64,000 nucleotides of DNA from Promethearchaeota archaeon (GCA_019058295.1 JAHPZI010000030.1:128001-192000); one strand, 5' to 3'. Numbered from the stretch's first letter, positions 37,736-48,825 are shown. The notes: generated by a model not told the origin, from the sequence alone. Numbers and translations: made by a program.

Positions 37736-39559
37736 ATGGTAAAATATACAGGAGGAGAAATAATCTCAAAATATTTAATTAAAGAAGGTGTTAAGTACGT
37801 TGTAGGTATACCTGGACATGGGAACTTACCCGTCGTAGACGCATTCTATAAGGATAAGGATAAATTAACTCTTATCCAACCAAAACAAGAAATGTCAGGA
37901 GTCCATTTAGCAGTAGGCTATTATAGAATAACTGATAAACCACTTGTAGTATTTACATCAATAGGTCCTGGAGCCATTAATGCAGCAATCGGACTCGCCG
38001 ATGCATATGTGGATTCATTTCCCGTACTCGTTTTAAACGGCAATACACACACTCACATGCGGGGAAAAGGCGTCCTTCAAGAAATTGAACGAAAGAGAGA
38101 CTCAGATATGCCCCGAATTCTTGAGCCTATATGTAAGCGGAATTGGCAGGTCAGTTCTGTAGGACAATTATCAACCATCATGCAACGTGCATTTAATATT
38201 ATGATGTCAGGAAGGCGAGGACCATGCGTTATAGATCTTCCTATGGACGTTCAGGCTAATGCAATTGATGTAGATATTCCAAAACCATTAGAAAGAAGAG
38301 TTTCTGGAAAAACTTTGGGCGATCCTGAACAAATTAAAATAGCTATTGATTTGTTAAAAGAAGCAAAAAGGCCTGTGCTATTTTTAGGTGGTGGTATAGT
38401 GACTGCTAACGCTTTTGAAGAAGTGAAAATATTAGCCGAAAAAATTGGTGCTGCTGTCGTTGTAACTATGATGGCTAAGGATGCATTTCCAAATGATCAC
38501 CCATTATTTTGTTGGTCCGCTGGAAGTAAAGGAACTTTGATTGGTTTGAATATGAGCTCTAAAGCCGATGTAATCCTTGCCGTGGGATGCCGCTTTGCTG
38601 ACGAAACTGCGAGTTCATATAAAGATGGAGTTAGTTTTTCAATTCCTCCTACAAAATTAATTCAAATAGATATAGATCCCCAAGAAATAGGTAAAAATTA
38701 TCCCGTTTCAGTAGGAATTGTTGGAGACGCTAAGGCTTGTTTAAACCAGATTATAGACGAAATAAATAAACAAGGATATTTTAAAGACTTTGAGAATACA
38801 GATTACTTTAAGGAAATTCAGGAGGAGAAGAAAAAGTGGTTTGCTTTCCTTGACGAATATCGAGACGATTCTAAAGTTCCGGTCATGATTTCAACAGTGA
38901 TTCGTGAAGTAAGAAAATTTTTCGACAGAGATACTGTAATTGTGACTAGTTCTGGAAATATTCAAGCTCAAATGCTTCAAGAAATGGAATTTTACGAGCC
39001 AAAAACTTGTATTACTGCAGGTGGCTTCTCAACTATGGGATATACACTACCCGCTGCTATTGGTGCCAAATTGGGATCTATAGACATAGGAAAACCTGAA
39101 CGAAATGTTCTTGGATTTGTGGGTGACGGAGATTTTATGATGACAATCTCAGAGTTATCTGTTGCGGTTCAATTAGGATTACAAAACTTTTTTATTATTG
39201 TGTTAAATAACGCTGGCTGGATAGCGATAAAAGATCTTCAACAAGCTGCTTTTGGAGAAGATCGAGGTTATGGAACTGCTTTTGAAGATAAGGATGGAAA
39301 TATGTATTCCCCTGATTTTGCTAAAATAGGTGAAGCCTTTGGGTGCTATGCTGAGAAAATTTCGAAAAAAGAAGAGATTATACCAGCATTAGAAAGAGCT
39401 GCCAAATCGGGTAAACCTGCAGTCATTGAAATTTTAGTGAATCGTGAGTTCCCATATACTGGGAGCCCTGCTGTGGGTTGGTGGGATGTACCGATTCCAG
39501 AATACCTAACTGAGCGCCGAAAAAAATATGAAGAAGAGATAAAAGGAGAAAAATTATAA
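37736..39559 (+). CDS. Thiamine-diphosphate-dependent enzyme, acetolactate synthase-like family
   Basis: GIPGHGN, E, TSIGPG..N, TMGYTLPAAIG, GDGDF...N ThDP motif. Confidence 0.9.
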   Translation: MVKYTGGEIISKYLIKEGVKYVVGIPGHGNLPVVDAFYKDKDKLTLIQPKQEMSGVHLAVGYYRITDKPLVVFTSIGPGAINAAIGLADAYVDSFPVLVLNGNTHTHMRGKGVLQEIERKRDSDMPRILEPICKRNWQVSSVGQLSTIMQRAFNIMMSGRRGPCVIDLPMDVQANAIDVDIPKPLERRVSGKTLGDPEQIKIAIDLLKEAKRPVLFLGGGIVTANAFEEVKILAEKIGAAVVVTMMAKDAFPNDHPLFCWSAGSKGTLIGLNMSSKADVILAVGCRFADETASSYKDGVSFSIPPTKLIQIDIDPQEIGKNYPVSVGIVGDAKACLNQIIDEINKQGYFKDFENTDYFKEIQEEKKKWFAFLDEYRDDSKVPVMISTVIREVRKFFDRDTVIVTSSGNIQAQMLQEMEFYEPKTCITAGGFSTMGYTLPAAIGAKLGSIDIGKPERNVLGFVGDGDFMMTISELSVAVQLGLQNFFIIVLNNAGWIAIKDLQQAAFGEDRGYGTAFEDKDGNMYSPDFAKIGEAFGCYAEKISKKEEIIPALERAAKSGKPAVIEILVNREFPYTGSPAVGWWDVPIPEYLTERRKKYEEEIKGEKL

Positions 39560-39583
39560 AATTTATTTAATGGACCCCTAAGA

Positions 39584-40777
39584 ATGAATAATTCATTGAC
39601 TCCAGAGAAGATCCTAGATAATGTAATTAATAATAATATTAGTTTTAATGAAGCAATAGAGCTATTAATCTCTATAATTGAAGTTAGTGAAAGTGAGAAT
39701 GTAAGAGCCAAATGTATAGATGCCTTTAGTAAGATAGACGTAAAAAATAATAAAATCTTTAAAATACTGGAAAATCATTTATTATCCGATGAAAGCCCAT
39801 CGGTAAGGGGCGCCGCCGCTAAAGTATTAGTATCCAAATTTCCAAAAGATAGCATAGATCCGTTAAGATGGACAATTCAGCGCGATAATTCTGCTATTGT
39901 ATTAAAAACAATAGCTTATTCTTTAGAAAATGAAGAAAACCAGAATTTTAAAATTTTAAAGAAAGAACTAACTGCTAATTTTGAGAGAATTGCGGCGATT
40001 TACGGAATACTTCCAGATGAATTATTATTACTTTTAAATTTAGAATTTGATCTTGACTTTTTTAATGAAACCAGGTCAAACTCGGTGTTTGGCGTTAGAT
40101 ATGGCAGTTTAAGAAGTTTTGCGTTAAGAGATGGTCATGTAAATGCTTTACATCTTGATGGGTTAAAAGATCTTCCAGAATCAATAGGATCTTTCAAGTA
40201 CTTACAATATCTAAATGTTAGCAATAATAATCTCAATCAAATACCTAAATCAATAGGATCACTCACTTCTCTTAAAGCATTATGGTTAAGTAATAATAAT
40301 ATTAAAAACATTCCTGAATCAATAGGTTCTCTAAAATCCTTGATATCATTAAAATTGGACAATAATAACCTTCAAGAAATACCCAAGTCCATCAAAAATT
40401 TAACAAACCTCAAATATTTAGATTTAAAAAATAATAAAATTCAAGAAATTCCTGATGCAATAGATTTACTTAAATTTCTAGAGCAATTAGACTTAAGACA
40501 TAATCAAATTGAAAAAATTCCTGAGTCAATAGGTTCGCTAGCTCTACTTGAAGAATTATGGTTAAGCCATAATAAAATTCAAAAAATTCCCGAAAGATTA
40601 AAGGATCTTAAGAATTTAAAATATTTAGATTTAGGAAACAATAATATCCGAGAAATTACTGAATCAATAGGCTCATTAAAGTCATTAGTATCTTTAAATT
40701 TAACAGAAAATTTTATTCAAAATATTCCACAATCAATAGAAGATTTAAAAAAAAGGAATGTAAAGATTTTATATTAA
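39584..40777 (+). CDS. HEAT-like repeat + leucine-rich repeat protein
   Basis: N-terminal VRAKCIDA / LLSDESPSVRGAAA; about 9 IPESIGSLxxLxxLxLxxN repeats. Confidence 0.9.
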   Translation: MNNSLTPEKILDNVINNNISFNEAIELLISIIEVSESENVRAKCIDAFSKIDVKNNKIFKILENHLLSDESPSVRGAAAKVLVSKFPKDSIDPLRWTIQRDNSAIVLKTIAYSLENEENQNFKILKKELTANFERIAAIYGILPDELLLLLNLEFDLDFFNETRSNSVFGVRYGSLRSFALRDGHVNALHLDGLKDLPESIGSFKYLQYLNVSNNNLNQIPKSIGSLTSLKALWLSNNNIKNIPESIGSLKSLISLKLDNNNLQEIPKSIKNLTNLKYLDLKNNKIQEIPDAIDLLKFLEQLDLRHNQIEKIPESIGSLALLEELWLSHNKIQKIPERLKDLKNLKYLDLGNNNIREITESIGSLKSLVSLNLTENFIQNIPQSIEDLKKRNVKILY

Positions 40778-40787
40778 TAAAAAGATT

Positions 40788-41342
40788 ATGAAGAAAATAT
40801 TAGGAGTAATGGGAAGTCCCCGTATTAATGGTAATACGCATGTTTTAGTTTCCAAAATATTAGAAGGAGCGAAGGAAAAAGGAGCTGCTACAGATATTAT
40901 TTTATTAAAAGATTTAAATATTCTAGAATGCGATGGATGTCATACATGCTGGAAAGGCAGTGAGTGCAGTAAAAGCGACGATATGAATAATATTTATCCA
41001 AGAATAATTGAAAATGACATAATTTTGTTTGGCACCCCTGTATATTGGTATGGACCAACTGCGTTAATGAAAGCCTTTATTGATCGATTTGTCTACTTTA
41101 ATTGTCCAGAAAACCGGATAAAAATAAAAGGTAAATCCGCTGTAATTGTAATCCCATTCGAGGAAGATAATCTGGAAACAGCTGACCTATTAGTGAAAAT
41201 GTTTGAAAAATGCTTTGAGTATTTAGAAATTCCCCTTATTGAAAAAATTATCATTCCTGGAGTAACTAAAAGAGGAGAAGTTATAAAACAAGAAGCTACA
41301 ATAAAACAATGTTATAATTTAGGGAAAAAATTAGCTATATAA
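40788..41342 (+). CDS. Iron-sulfur flavoprotein / NADPH-dependent FMN reductase family
   Basis: GSPR.NGNT, CxxCxxCx4C, TPVYW, MKAFIDR. Confidence 0.9.
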   Translation: MKKILGVMGSPRINGNTHVLVSKILEGAKEKGAATDIILLKDLNILECDGCHTCWKGSECSKSDDMNNIYPRIIENDIILFGTPVYWYGPTALMKAFIDRFVYFNCPENRIKIKGKSAVIVIPFEEDNLETADLLVKMFEKCFEYLEIPLIEKIIIPGVTKRGEVIKQEATIKQCYNLGKKLAI

Positions 41343-41373
41343 GTGTACATTTAACAATTGTTTACCAGCGTTA

Positions 41374-41589
41374 TTATTTAGGGGAAAAGCCCGGGGCACC
41401 ATCTTTAAATTTTTCTGAAGCAGGTTCACCGCCAATCCCCCAATGAGTTCTGGGAATTTCGTGGACAATTACTTCAACGGCATGCTGAGGTACACCTAAA
41501 TCAACAAAAACTTGAGTAATTTTCTCAATAACGATTTTAACTCTATCTACACCAAATCCTTTCCATACATTTACATGAATAGTCGGCAT
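41374..41589 (-). CDS. 4-oxalocrotonate tautomerase family protein
   Basis: N-terminal Pro, V.VI..E.....WGIGG. Confidence 0.9.
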   Translation of the reverse strand: MPTIHVNVWKGFGVDRVKIVIEKITQVFVDLGVPQHAVEVIVHEIPRTHWGIGGEPASEKFKDGAPGFSPK

Positions 41590-41643
41590 TGATTTACCTC
41601 TATTTTATAATTTTTAATAATTATTATTTAAAAATATATAATT

Positions 41644-43188
41644 TTAATTTTTGTTATAAATCGAATATTTATTATCTAATTTTTCTTTAAATTGCTGAGA
41701 GAAATTAAATTTTTTTGCATACAAATCGAAAATTAACTCATCTATAACTTTTTGGTCATTTTTATAGTCGTAATTTATATCTTTCTTTTTATTTTCAATT
41801 ATTTTTTTAACTATACTTTCTACTTTTTCTTTTGTTTCATTGTCGGGTAAAATAAAAGGTAAAGCGTGAATTCCAGTTAATTGAATACTATTCGTATTAT
41901 TTATAATACCATTCATAAGGTAATTATATAAAGAGCAGTTTAAAAGACCAAGAGCATATTCTATTGAGAGGGAATTATTTTCTATAATAAAGCCAATTGC
42001 CTTATTTGAATCCCAATAACATCCTTTAGGCATGTATCGAGCTGCCAACCTTGAGCTTACACCACTTATAACAATTCCTTCTTGTTCGAAAGGTACATTA
42101 TTAGGAATATCATAAATTGAAATTGATTCAGGAGTCCAGAAAAGTGCTTCTATTATTGGGCGGTAATATTGATCACTACCTCCCCGTTTCATATAGGGCT
42201 TCCATTTTTTAGTTTCTAGAAGAGCTTTTGGGATAATTTTATGTTTTTTGTTAGAATTGGTTATTTTTTTATTTCTTTTTTCAAAAATTTCAGCTAATTC
42301 AGTGCCCTCCACAGCAGCAATATATTTTAAATTATTATGAGTATGCATCCCAATATTTCCATTTATGTATCCTTCTAATTTGGGTGATTTTTCAAATAAA
42401 TCTATGACCTCTTCTTCGATATCAGTAAAGAATAAATTAAAAGGTAATAAATGATATCTTTTTTGCTTAAATTCATGAACTATTTTTGGATTATTATAAT
42501 CATTTTCACTCTCAATCCGAGGTATGATTCTCATAATATTTTCTGATCGATTTATTCTATTTTCTTTTCCAGAACATTTTTCTAAAATAGTTATAACTGT
42601 AGATATACTTACATTTTGACTATCAAACAAATTTTTAGGCACTAAGAGGATTTCCTTGATTTTGCATGTACTAAGGATAAATTTTCTTAATCTCGTATGT
42701 GTATTTAATGTCAAAAAAGAGTCGCTTGTTATAAATCCAAGTCTTCCTCCTTCTTTTAATCTCCATATACTACTTACTATAAACATTGAATAAGTCTCAT
42801 GAGCATTAATCTTTCCGAATATCTTATGTAATTTTTTTTTATTCTTTTTTACATATTGACTTGATTTGTTTAGGTAGGGTGGATTAGCTATAATCACATC
42901 AAATTGAAAATTTAATAGGGGAGTATAAGATAACAAATAATCTTGATCCGTAAAAGAAATTCCAAGATCCTTCATTTTTTTTTTATAATCTGGATTAATA
43001 TCATAAGTTTGAATTTGATCTGATTTGACTCCAGATTTTAATAATTCTTCAATAAAAATACCCGGTCCAACACAAGGATCTAAAATTTTTTCATCTCTCC
43101 TAAATGGTGCTAAACGAGAAATGATATATTCAGCTGTTTTAGTAGAAGTTAAAACTAAACCTAATTCTTTATTGTTTAATTTATTAAT
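41644..43188 (-). CDS. N6-adenine DNA methyltransferase (gamma class, TaqI/Eco57I-like); true start lies upstream of ATG 42975
   Basis: In-frame upstream region encodes ELGLVLT and SAM motif I ILDPCVGPGIF, followed by IANPPY, LKEGG.LGFIT..SFL and a TaqI-C-like TRD. Candidate start ATT at 43188. Confidence 0.85.
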   Translation of the reverse strand: MNKLNNKELGLVLTSTKTAEYIISRLAPFRRDEKILDPCVGPGIFIEELLKSGVKSDQIQTYDINPDYKKKMKDLGISFTDQDYLLSYTPLLNFQFDVIIANPPYLNKSSQYVKKNKKKLHKIFGKINAHETYSMFIVSSIWRLKEGGRLGFITSDSFLTLNTHTRLRKFILSTCKIKEILLVPKNLFDSQNVSISTVITILEKCSGKENRINRSENIMRIIPRIESENDYNNPKIVHEFKQKRYHLLPFNLFFTDIEEEVIDLFEKSPKLEGYINGNIGMHTHNNLKYIAAVEGTELAEIFEKRNKKITNSNKKHKIIPKALLETKKWKPYMKRGGSDQYYRPIIEALFWTPESISIYDIPNNVPFEQEGIVISGVSSRLAARYMPKGCYWDSNKAIGFIIENNSLSIEYALGLLNCSLYNYLMNGIINNTNSIQLTGIHALPFILPDNETKEKVESIVKKIIENKKKDINYDYKNDQKVIDELIFDLYAKKFNFSQQFKEKLDNKYSIYNKN

Positions 43189-43272
43189 TGCTCAACACTC
43201 CTTCACATAATATTCTATTAATCTCGAATCTTTTCATTACTTCATCTACATAAAATTACATCAATCAATTAT

Positions 43273-44400
43273 TTATCTATTATTGGTATTATTATCAATT
43301 CTATTTATTACATCTAATATATATTTACAAAGCTTTTCTAAAAGAAAAGGATCGACTTTATCAACAGTGTCGTTGATTGTGTGAAGATACTTATACGAAT
43401 TCTTATCTCCAAAACCAAATCCTCTAAAATTTTTCTTTTTAAGATAATAAGCATCACTACGCCCAGTTCTGATAAATTTTTTTTTTGTATGGATAAAAGC
43501 ATTCAAATTTTCCGCACTCTTAAAATAAATTGCTCCTTCTGTAGAAGTCCATATATCTAAACCTCTACCAATCGCATCAAAATTAAACATAATAGATTTT
43601 TCCCTCTCTAAATGCTCTATAATCTTATAAAAATTTCGAATTCCCATTGTTCCTGTTTCTTCTGCGCCTGTAAATATAAACCATAAATTATAATTCTTTA
43701 ATCTAAACTTTGGACTTGAATAATGATTTAATAATTCTAAAACAGTAGCAATTCCAGATGCGTTATCAATGGCACCTGGAGATTTATTATTAGTCATATT
43801 TAAATCAATCATAACAGTTGAAATTAGGTTAATTCCTATAGGGACTATTCCTATAATATAAAGCCAAAAACTATATTGAATGAATAAAATATTCTTAAAA
43901 ATAATTATAATTAAACCACATATCAGTGAATAAACCCATAATTTAAAAAAAATTCCCCGAAATTTAATAGGTAATCTTTGTCCTTTTGAATCTAAATGTG
44001 AGAGAAATAAAATATTTCTATTCTTATTTTCTTCTTCCAGATTAACATATAGATTTTGGGATCTCCTATTTTTTCCTATTTTTATATTCTCTGGATTTCT
44101 GGTTTTAAAATATATTGGAATATAAATTAATAGGATAATTGATAAATTAAAAAAAAAGAAAAGATCTCCAAAATTCAAATATAATACAAATAGAAACCAA
44201 AAACCCAGTGTAAAGACTAATTTTTGATAAACACGAGGATAAAAAGTAGTAAATGAAAATTCTTGAACCAAAGGTCTTAATTGTAAATCTTCTATCTTCT
44301 TTTTTCCAATTTCAAAAGCTTTTTTCTCGTTTTCAGTCCCGCTTAATCTTGGGAATGAGAAGTCATCTAAATTTTCTTTTATTCGGTTTCCATCTATCAT
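43273..44400 (-). CDS. Membrane-embedded M28 family metallopeptidase
   Basis: Close paralog of 36320-37480: SHLDSK, GAIDNASG, GAEETG, NFD, RSDA. Confidence 0.85.
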   Translation of the reverse strand: MIDGNRIKENLDDFSFPRLSGTENEKKAFEIGKKKIEDLQLRPLVQEFSFTTFYPRVYQKLVFTLGFWFLFVLYLNFGDLFFFFNLSIILLIYIPIYFKTRNPENIKIGKNRRSQNLYVNLEEENKNRNILFLSHLDSKGQRLPIKFRGIFFKLWVYSLICGLIIIIFKNILFIQYSFWLYIIGIVPIGINLISTVMIDLNMTNNKSPGAIDNASGIATVLELLNHYSSPKFRLKNYNLWFIFTGAEETGTMGIRNFYKIIEHLEREKSIMFNFDAIGRGLDIWTSTEGAIYFKSAENLNAFIHTKKKFIRTGRSDAYYLKKKNFRGFGFGDKNSYKYLHTINDTVDKVDPFLLEKLCKYILDVINRIDNNTNNR

Positions 44401-44468
44401 GGGTGTAATTTATTAATTTTTGATAAATTAAAAAAACATTTAATAAAAATTATTTAATTTAATTACCA

Positions 44469-46019
44469 ATGACAAATGAAAATAAAATTAGTATTAATGT
44501 AGGTTCTCCTAAAAAACCTATTGATTCTATGATCTATAGTAATTTTGTTGAACATTTAGGGGAATGCATTCAAAATGGTTTATGGGCATATGATCCTGTC
44601 AATGTTCCATTAGTTACCGATAATCCGGTCTTAATTGGGATGAGACAAGACGTTTTACAAGCGGTAAAAGAATTGAAACTCACCGTCTTAAGAGCGTTTG
44701 GAGGTTGCTATTCTGATGTATATCATTGGAAGGATGCAATTGGTTCGAGAGATTCACGAAAATTCGTTAAAAATTTACATTGGGGGGCCATAGAGGGAGC
44801 ACCACCAGAAATTGGACCTGATATCGAAAATCAATTTGGTACCGACGAGTTTTTAACTTTATGTGAAGAAATTGGTGCTAAGCCTTATCTTAATGTGAAT
44901 TATGGTACAGGAACACCTGAAGAGGCTGCAGATTGGGTAGAATATTGTAATGGCTCTATTGATACCGAATATGGTGCCTTAAGAGCTAAAAATGGGAGGA
45001 AAGAACCTTATAATGTCAAAATTTGGGGAATCGCCAACGAGATCTTTGGCTTTTGGGAGCCAGGATACGAAAAATTACCTGAGAATTATGCAAAGAAATA
45101 TCTTAAATTCGCAAAGAAAATGAGAGAAAAAGATCCAACAATTAAATTAGTCGCTTGTGGCTACGAAAATTCTAATTGGAATCGTACTGTTTTAAAAAAT
45201 ATTGGAGAAGAATGGGTTGATTATATTAGCATTCATCGATATTTACCATATGGTGCAGGTAAGGTAACTGGAAAAAAACACCCAGATAATCAAAGGTGTT
45301 ATTATGCGTTAATGGCATCAAGTCCTTTAATTGAAAATGATATTAACGATACATGGAACGATATTATTGCTGCATTAGGGAAAAATTCTCACGTACGTAT
45401 AGCTTTTGACGAATGGGGCGTATGGTATTTATTTATGGATATAGTAAAAACCAATTATAACCTACAAGATGGTGTTTGGACAGCAATTATTTTGATGACT
45501 TTTCAAAAAATGTCAGATAAATGTCCGATGGCTAATTGGGCTCAGTTAGTTAATTGTATTGGGACTATTCAAACAGATCCAGATGGTTTAATCTTGACTC
45601 CAGTTTATTTGGCATTCAAACTGTTTGTCGATCATACGTATAATAATTTAATAGAGAATTTGAATGTAAATTGTGAAACATTTGATACAGATAAATTTAG
45701 ACGTATTCCTAAAGCTAATAATGTTCCATATATCGATTGTAATGCCACTATTAACGATGAAGGTAATAAATTGTCGATAATGCTTATTAATAAACATTTT
45801 ACGGAACCATTAAATATCACTCTTGAGATAGAGGGATTCTCGCCTAAGGAACAAGGAGTACTTGTAGAACTAAACAGTCAATCTCCGTTTGAATATAACA
45901 CAATAGAAAATCGCAATAAAATTAAATTAGAACATAAAGAAATCGACGATGTTAAACCTAATATGACTCTTGAATTACCAGCACATTCAGTTAAGGTTAT
46001 AAAATTAAACAAGAAATAA
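44469..46019 (+). CDS. Alpha-L-arabinofuranosidase (GH51)
   Basis: FVEHLG, GGC....YHW.D.IG, NQFGTDEF, WVEYCN, ANE, AFDEWG.W, AQLVN. Confidence 0.92.
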   Translation: MTNENKISINVGSPKKPIDSMIYSNFVEHLGECIQNGLWAYDPVNVPLVTDNPVLIGMRQDVLQAVKELKLTVLRAFGGCYSDVYHWKDAIGSRDSRKFVKNLHWGAIEGAPPEIGPDIENQFGTDEFLTLCEEIGAKPYLNVNYGTGTPEEAADWVEYCNGSIDTEYGALRAKNGRKEPYNVKIWGIANEIFGFWEPGYEKLPENYAKKYLKFAKKMREKDPTIKLVACGYENSNWNRTVLKNIGEEWVDYISIHRYLPYGAGKVTGKKHPDNQRCYYALMASSPLIENDINDTWNDIIAALGKNSHVRIAFDEWGVWYLFMDIVKTNYNLQDGVWTAIILMTFQKMSDKCPMANWAQLVNCIGTIQTDPDGLILTPVYLAFKLFVDHTYNNLIENLNVNCETFDTDKFRRIPKANNVPYIDCNATINDEGNKLSIMLINKHFTEPLNITLEIEGFSPKEQGVLVELNSQSPFEYNTIENRNKIKLEHKEIDDVKPNMTLELPAHSVKVIKLNKK

Positions 46020-46022
46020 TTC

Positions 46023-47690
46023 TTAATAAAGATAGGCACCATCCTTGGCAGAAGAAACATGTTTTCTGTAAAAATTTAAATATCCTGCTTTTATTTTAGG
46101 CTCTGGCCTCTTCCATCTTTTTAATCTTTCATTTAATTCATCATCTGAAATCAATAAATTTAATATGCGTTTTTCAATATCAATCTCGATGAAATCTCCA
46201 TCTTGAACTATTGCTATAGGTCCTCCTTCTATTGCCTCCGGACAAACATGCCCAATACATGGGCCTCGAGTTGCTCCGGAATAACGACCATCAGTAATCA
46301 TCGCCACTGAATCTCCTAATCCCATACCAACTAAAATCGCAGCGGGGAGAGATAATTCTCTCATTCCCGGTGAACCTTTTGGACCTTCGTATCTAATGAC
46401 TAAAACATCTCCGTCTTGAATTTTATTTGATAATAGCGCTTCTTTTACATCTTCTTCACACTCAAAAACTTTTGCTGGTCCCTTATGTTGACGCATTTTT
46501 TGGCTTAAAGCGCTTTGTTTTATAATTGCGCCATCAGGTGCAAGATTCCCTTTTAAAACTGCAATGCCTCCTTCGGTTGCTATTGGATCTTCTAAATTTC
46601 GAATGATTTGGTAATCTTCTATTTCTATCAATTCAAGATAATCGTTTAAAGTTAATCCAAGAACATTTTTAGTCGATAAATCTAATAATTTAGATAATTT
46701 TTTCATTAGAACTCTCACACCTCCTGCATTATGAAATTCAGTAAGATTGTATTCGGAAGCTGGTTTGAACTTGGCTAATAATGGTATAGCCTTGCTAAAG
46801 GTATCAAAATCAAAATGATTTAGACTCCCACCGATTTCATGTGATAACGCACACATATGAAGTATCATATTAGTTGAGCCACCAAAAGCCAAAGCAACTT
46901 TAATAGCATTTTCTATAGATTTATTCGTGATAATATCTAACGCTTTCACACTTTCATTAACTAAATCCATTATGTATTTACCAGTTTCCTTACATAAACC
47001 TTCCCTTTCTTTGCTAATGGCGTCCATAGTAGCACAACCAGGTAATGAAAGTCCCATTGCCTCCACAATACATGCCATCGTATTAGCCGTCCCCATCATA
47101 TTACAAGCTCCAGGAGAGCAACAAGTTTCAGATTCGATAAGAAAAAATTCCTCTTTGGTAATTTTTCCTGCTTTATACAATCCAATTGCTTCCTTAATAT
47201 CACACGTAACAAAAGTTTTTCCTTTAAGAGGGCCATCTTCGAAGGTTTTTGGTTCCATAATCCCCCCAGTTAAAAAAATCGTAGGAATATTACATCTAAC
47301 AGCTGCTAATAACATTCCAGGAATGATTTTATCACAAGAGCAAAGCATTACCATGCCATCGAAATTATAAGACTTTACTGTACACTCAATTGAAGCGGCG
47401 ATAATTTCTCTTGAAGGTAAAACATATTTAGAAAAATTTCCTGAATTAGCAATACCATCACAAATGGCGATTGTATTAAATTCCATTGGTGTGCCACCTG
47501 CTTCTCTCACTCCTTCCTTAACAAATTTACTTAATTTACACAAATGAATATGCCCAGGATTAAGTTCGTTCCAAGAATTAACAATCGCAATTCTCGGTTT
47601 TTCTAAATCTTCATAGGTATATCCACAACCGAGATATAAAGCTCTTTCATATGATTTGCTTGGATCTAATTTATTCTTTTCAGATGTCAT
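46023..47690 (-). CDS. ilvD: Dihydroxy-acid dehydratase (IlvD/Edd family)
   Basis: PGHIHL, ICDGIA, CDKIIPG, GTANTM, GGSTN, YEGPKG.PGMRE, TDGRYSG. Confidence 0.92.
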   Translation of the reverse strand: MTSEKNKLDPSKSYERALYLGCGYTYEDLEKPRIAIVNSWNELNPGHIHLCKLSKFVKEGVREAGGTPMEFNTIAICDGIANSGNFSKYVLPSREIIAASIECTVKSYNFDGMVMLCSCDKIIPGMLLAAVRCNIPTIFLTGGIMEPKTFEDGPLKGKTFVTCDIKEAIGLYKAGKITKEEFFLIESETCCSPGACNMMGTANTMACIVEAMGLSLPGCATMDAISKEREGLCKETGKYIMDLVNESVKALDIITNKSIENAIKVALAFGGSTNMILHMCALSHEIGGSLNHFDFDTFSKAIPLLAKFKPASEYNLTEFHNAGGVRVLMKKLSKLLDLSTKNVLGLTLNDYLELIEIEDYQIIRNLEDPIATEGGIAVLKGNLAPDGAIIKQSALSQKMRQHKGPAKVFECEEDVKEALLSNKIQDGDVLVIRYEGPKGSPGMRELSLPAAILVGMGLGDSVAMITDGRYSGATRGPCIGHVCPEAIEGGPIAIVQDGDFIEIDIEKRILNLLISDDELNERLKRWKRPEPKIKAGYLNFYRKHVSSAKDGAYLY

Positions 47691-47768
47691 CGTTAAGTAT
47701 TTGTGCTATAGAGCTTTTATAAATTTAATTGATGTTAGATTTTTCTGATTCCTTCAGAAATTTATTTT

Positions 47769-48692
47769 TTATTTTTTTTGAAAAGAAATTCCTTCAACTC
47801 TTAATACAAGTTCGACTATTTCTTCTAATAAATTGTGTAATTCTTTCTTATCAAATTCAGGATTTTCGTGATTTAATTCTTCCCAAATGAAGAAAACTTT
47901 ATTTTTAATTGGAAGAATAGCAGTATTTCCGAAATCAACATAATTATTCGATTGCTTTTCTTCTGCTCTAATGACTATAGAAGGAAAGATTTTACCAAAC
48001 ATTTCAACTTCCCCATCAATCATCTCAATTTTTTTAAAATCTGCTTTATGCATTTCGTTGATAATTTTTTTCAGTTGTTTTATCAAAAACGTTATTGTTA
48101 GCTCATCATCTTCAACCTTATTATCGTAAATAGAAACTACAAAACCAATCATTTGAATTTTATCAGATAACTTTGGATGTTGGAGGTGATATTCATAATA
48201 ACCTTTTACCCCAAGAATATTGATCCCTTCTTCTTTTCTTTGAGTTTTTACGATCCACCCGTTCTTTAATAAGGACTCAAAATATGGCTGAATAAAGGGA
48301 TCCAAATCATCATATGTTAGATTTAGACCACTCACATACACATTCTGGAGGGTCTCAATTACTTTTACCCTAACGCCTTTCAAGTAATCTAATTCCTTCT
48401 TCTTCTTTATAAAAATTTTATTAAAATATTCTTTAGGGTCCGTCGCAATAAAAGTTTTTAGATTTTTCCCTTCCTCATCTAATAAATTTTCCTTAACACA
48501 TTCTTTTTCAATTAATCTTTTTAAAATAGAATATAGCGTTGTTCGCTCAATGAATGGCAATTCTTCTCTAAGCTTCCTTACGATGGTACCTCTTTTTCCA
48601 TATTTTATGAGAGTATAATAAATCTGTGCTTCATTAGAATCAAGATCCATTCTCTGTAATGCATCTATCAATGATTTTTCTAGTTCTACCAT
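47769..48692 (-). CDS. TrmB-like HTH transcriptional regulator
   Basis: L..MDL..NEA.IY..L..., RTTLYSIL..LIEK. Likely ATG at 48692. Confidence 0.75.
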   Translation of the reverse strand: MVELEKSLIDALQRMDLDSNEAQIYYTLIKYGKRGTIVRKLREELPFIERTTLYSILKRLIEKECVKENLLDEEGKNLKTFIATDPKEYFNKIFIKKKKELDYLKGVRVKVIETLQNVYVSGLNLTYDDLDPFIQPYFESLLKNGWIVKTQRKEEGINILGVKGYYEYHLQHPKLSDKIQMIGFVVSIYDNKVEDDELTITFLIKQLKKIINEMHKADFKKIEMIDGEVEMFGKIFPSIVIRAEEKQSNNYVDFGNTAILPIKNKVFFIWEELNHENPEFDKKELHNLLEEIVELVLRVEGISFQKK

Positions 48693-48725
48693 AATTAGAA
48701 TATAATTATACACATATTTAAGTTT

Positions 48726-48779
48726 TGTTGATCTGTTTCGACACAAAAACATTTAAATATGTTGACCCGTTTAGTCACA
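48726..48779. promoter_or_regulatory. Pair of 20-bp imperfect direct repeats flanking a TATA-like element (candidate operators)
   Basis: tgttgatctgtttcgacaca (48726-48745) and tgttgacccgtttagtcaca (48760-48779), 16/20 identical, lying between divergent genes. Confidence 0.55.
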
Positions 48780-48825
48780 TAATCATAAAAAAAAAAACTA
48801 ATAAAAAAAAAGGAGGTATAAAAAA

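Noticed and set aside
43025-43210. 61-aa + strand ORF
   Set aside because: Antisense to the methyltransferase motif I region
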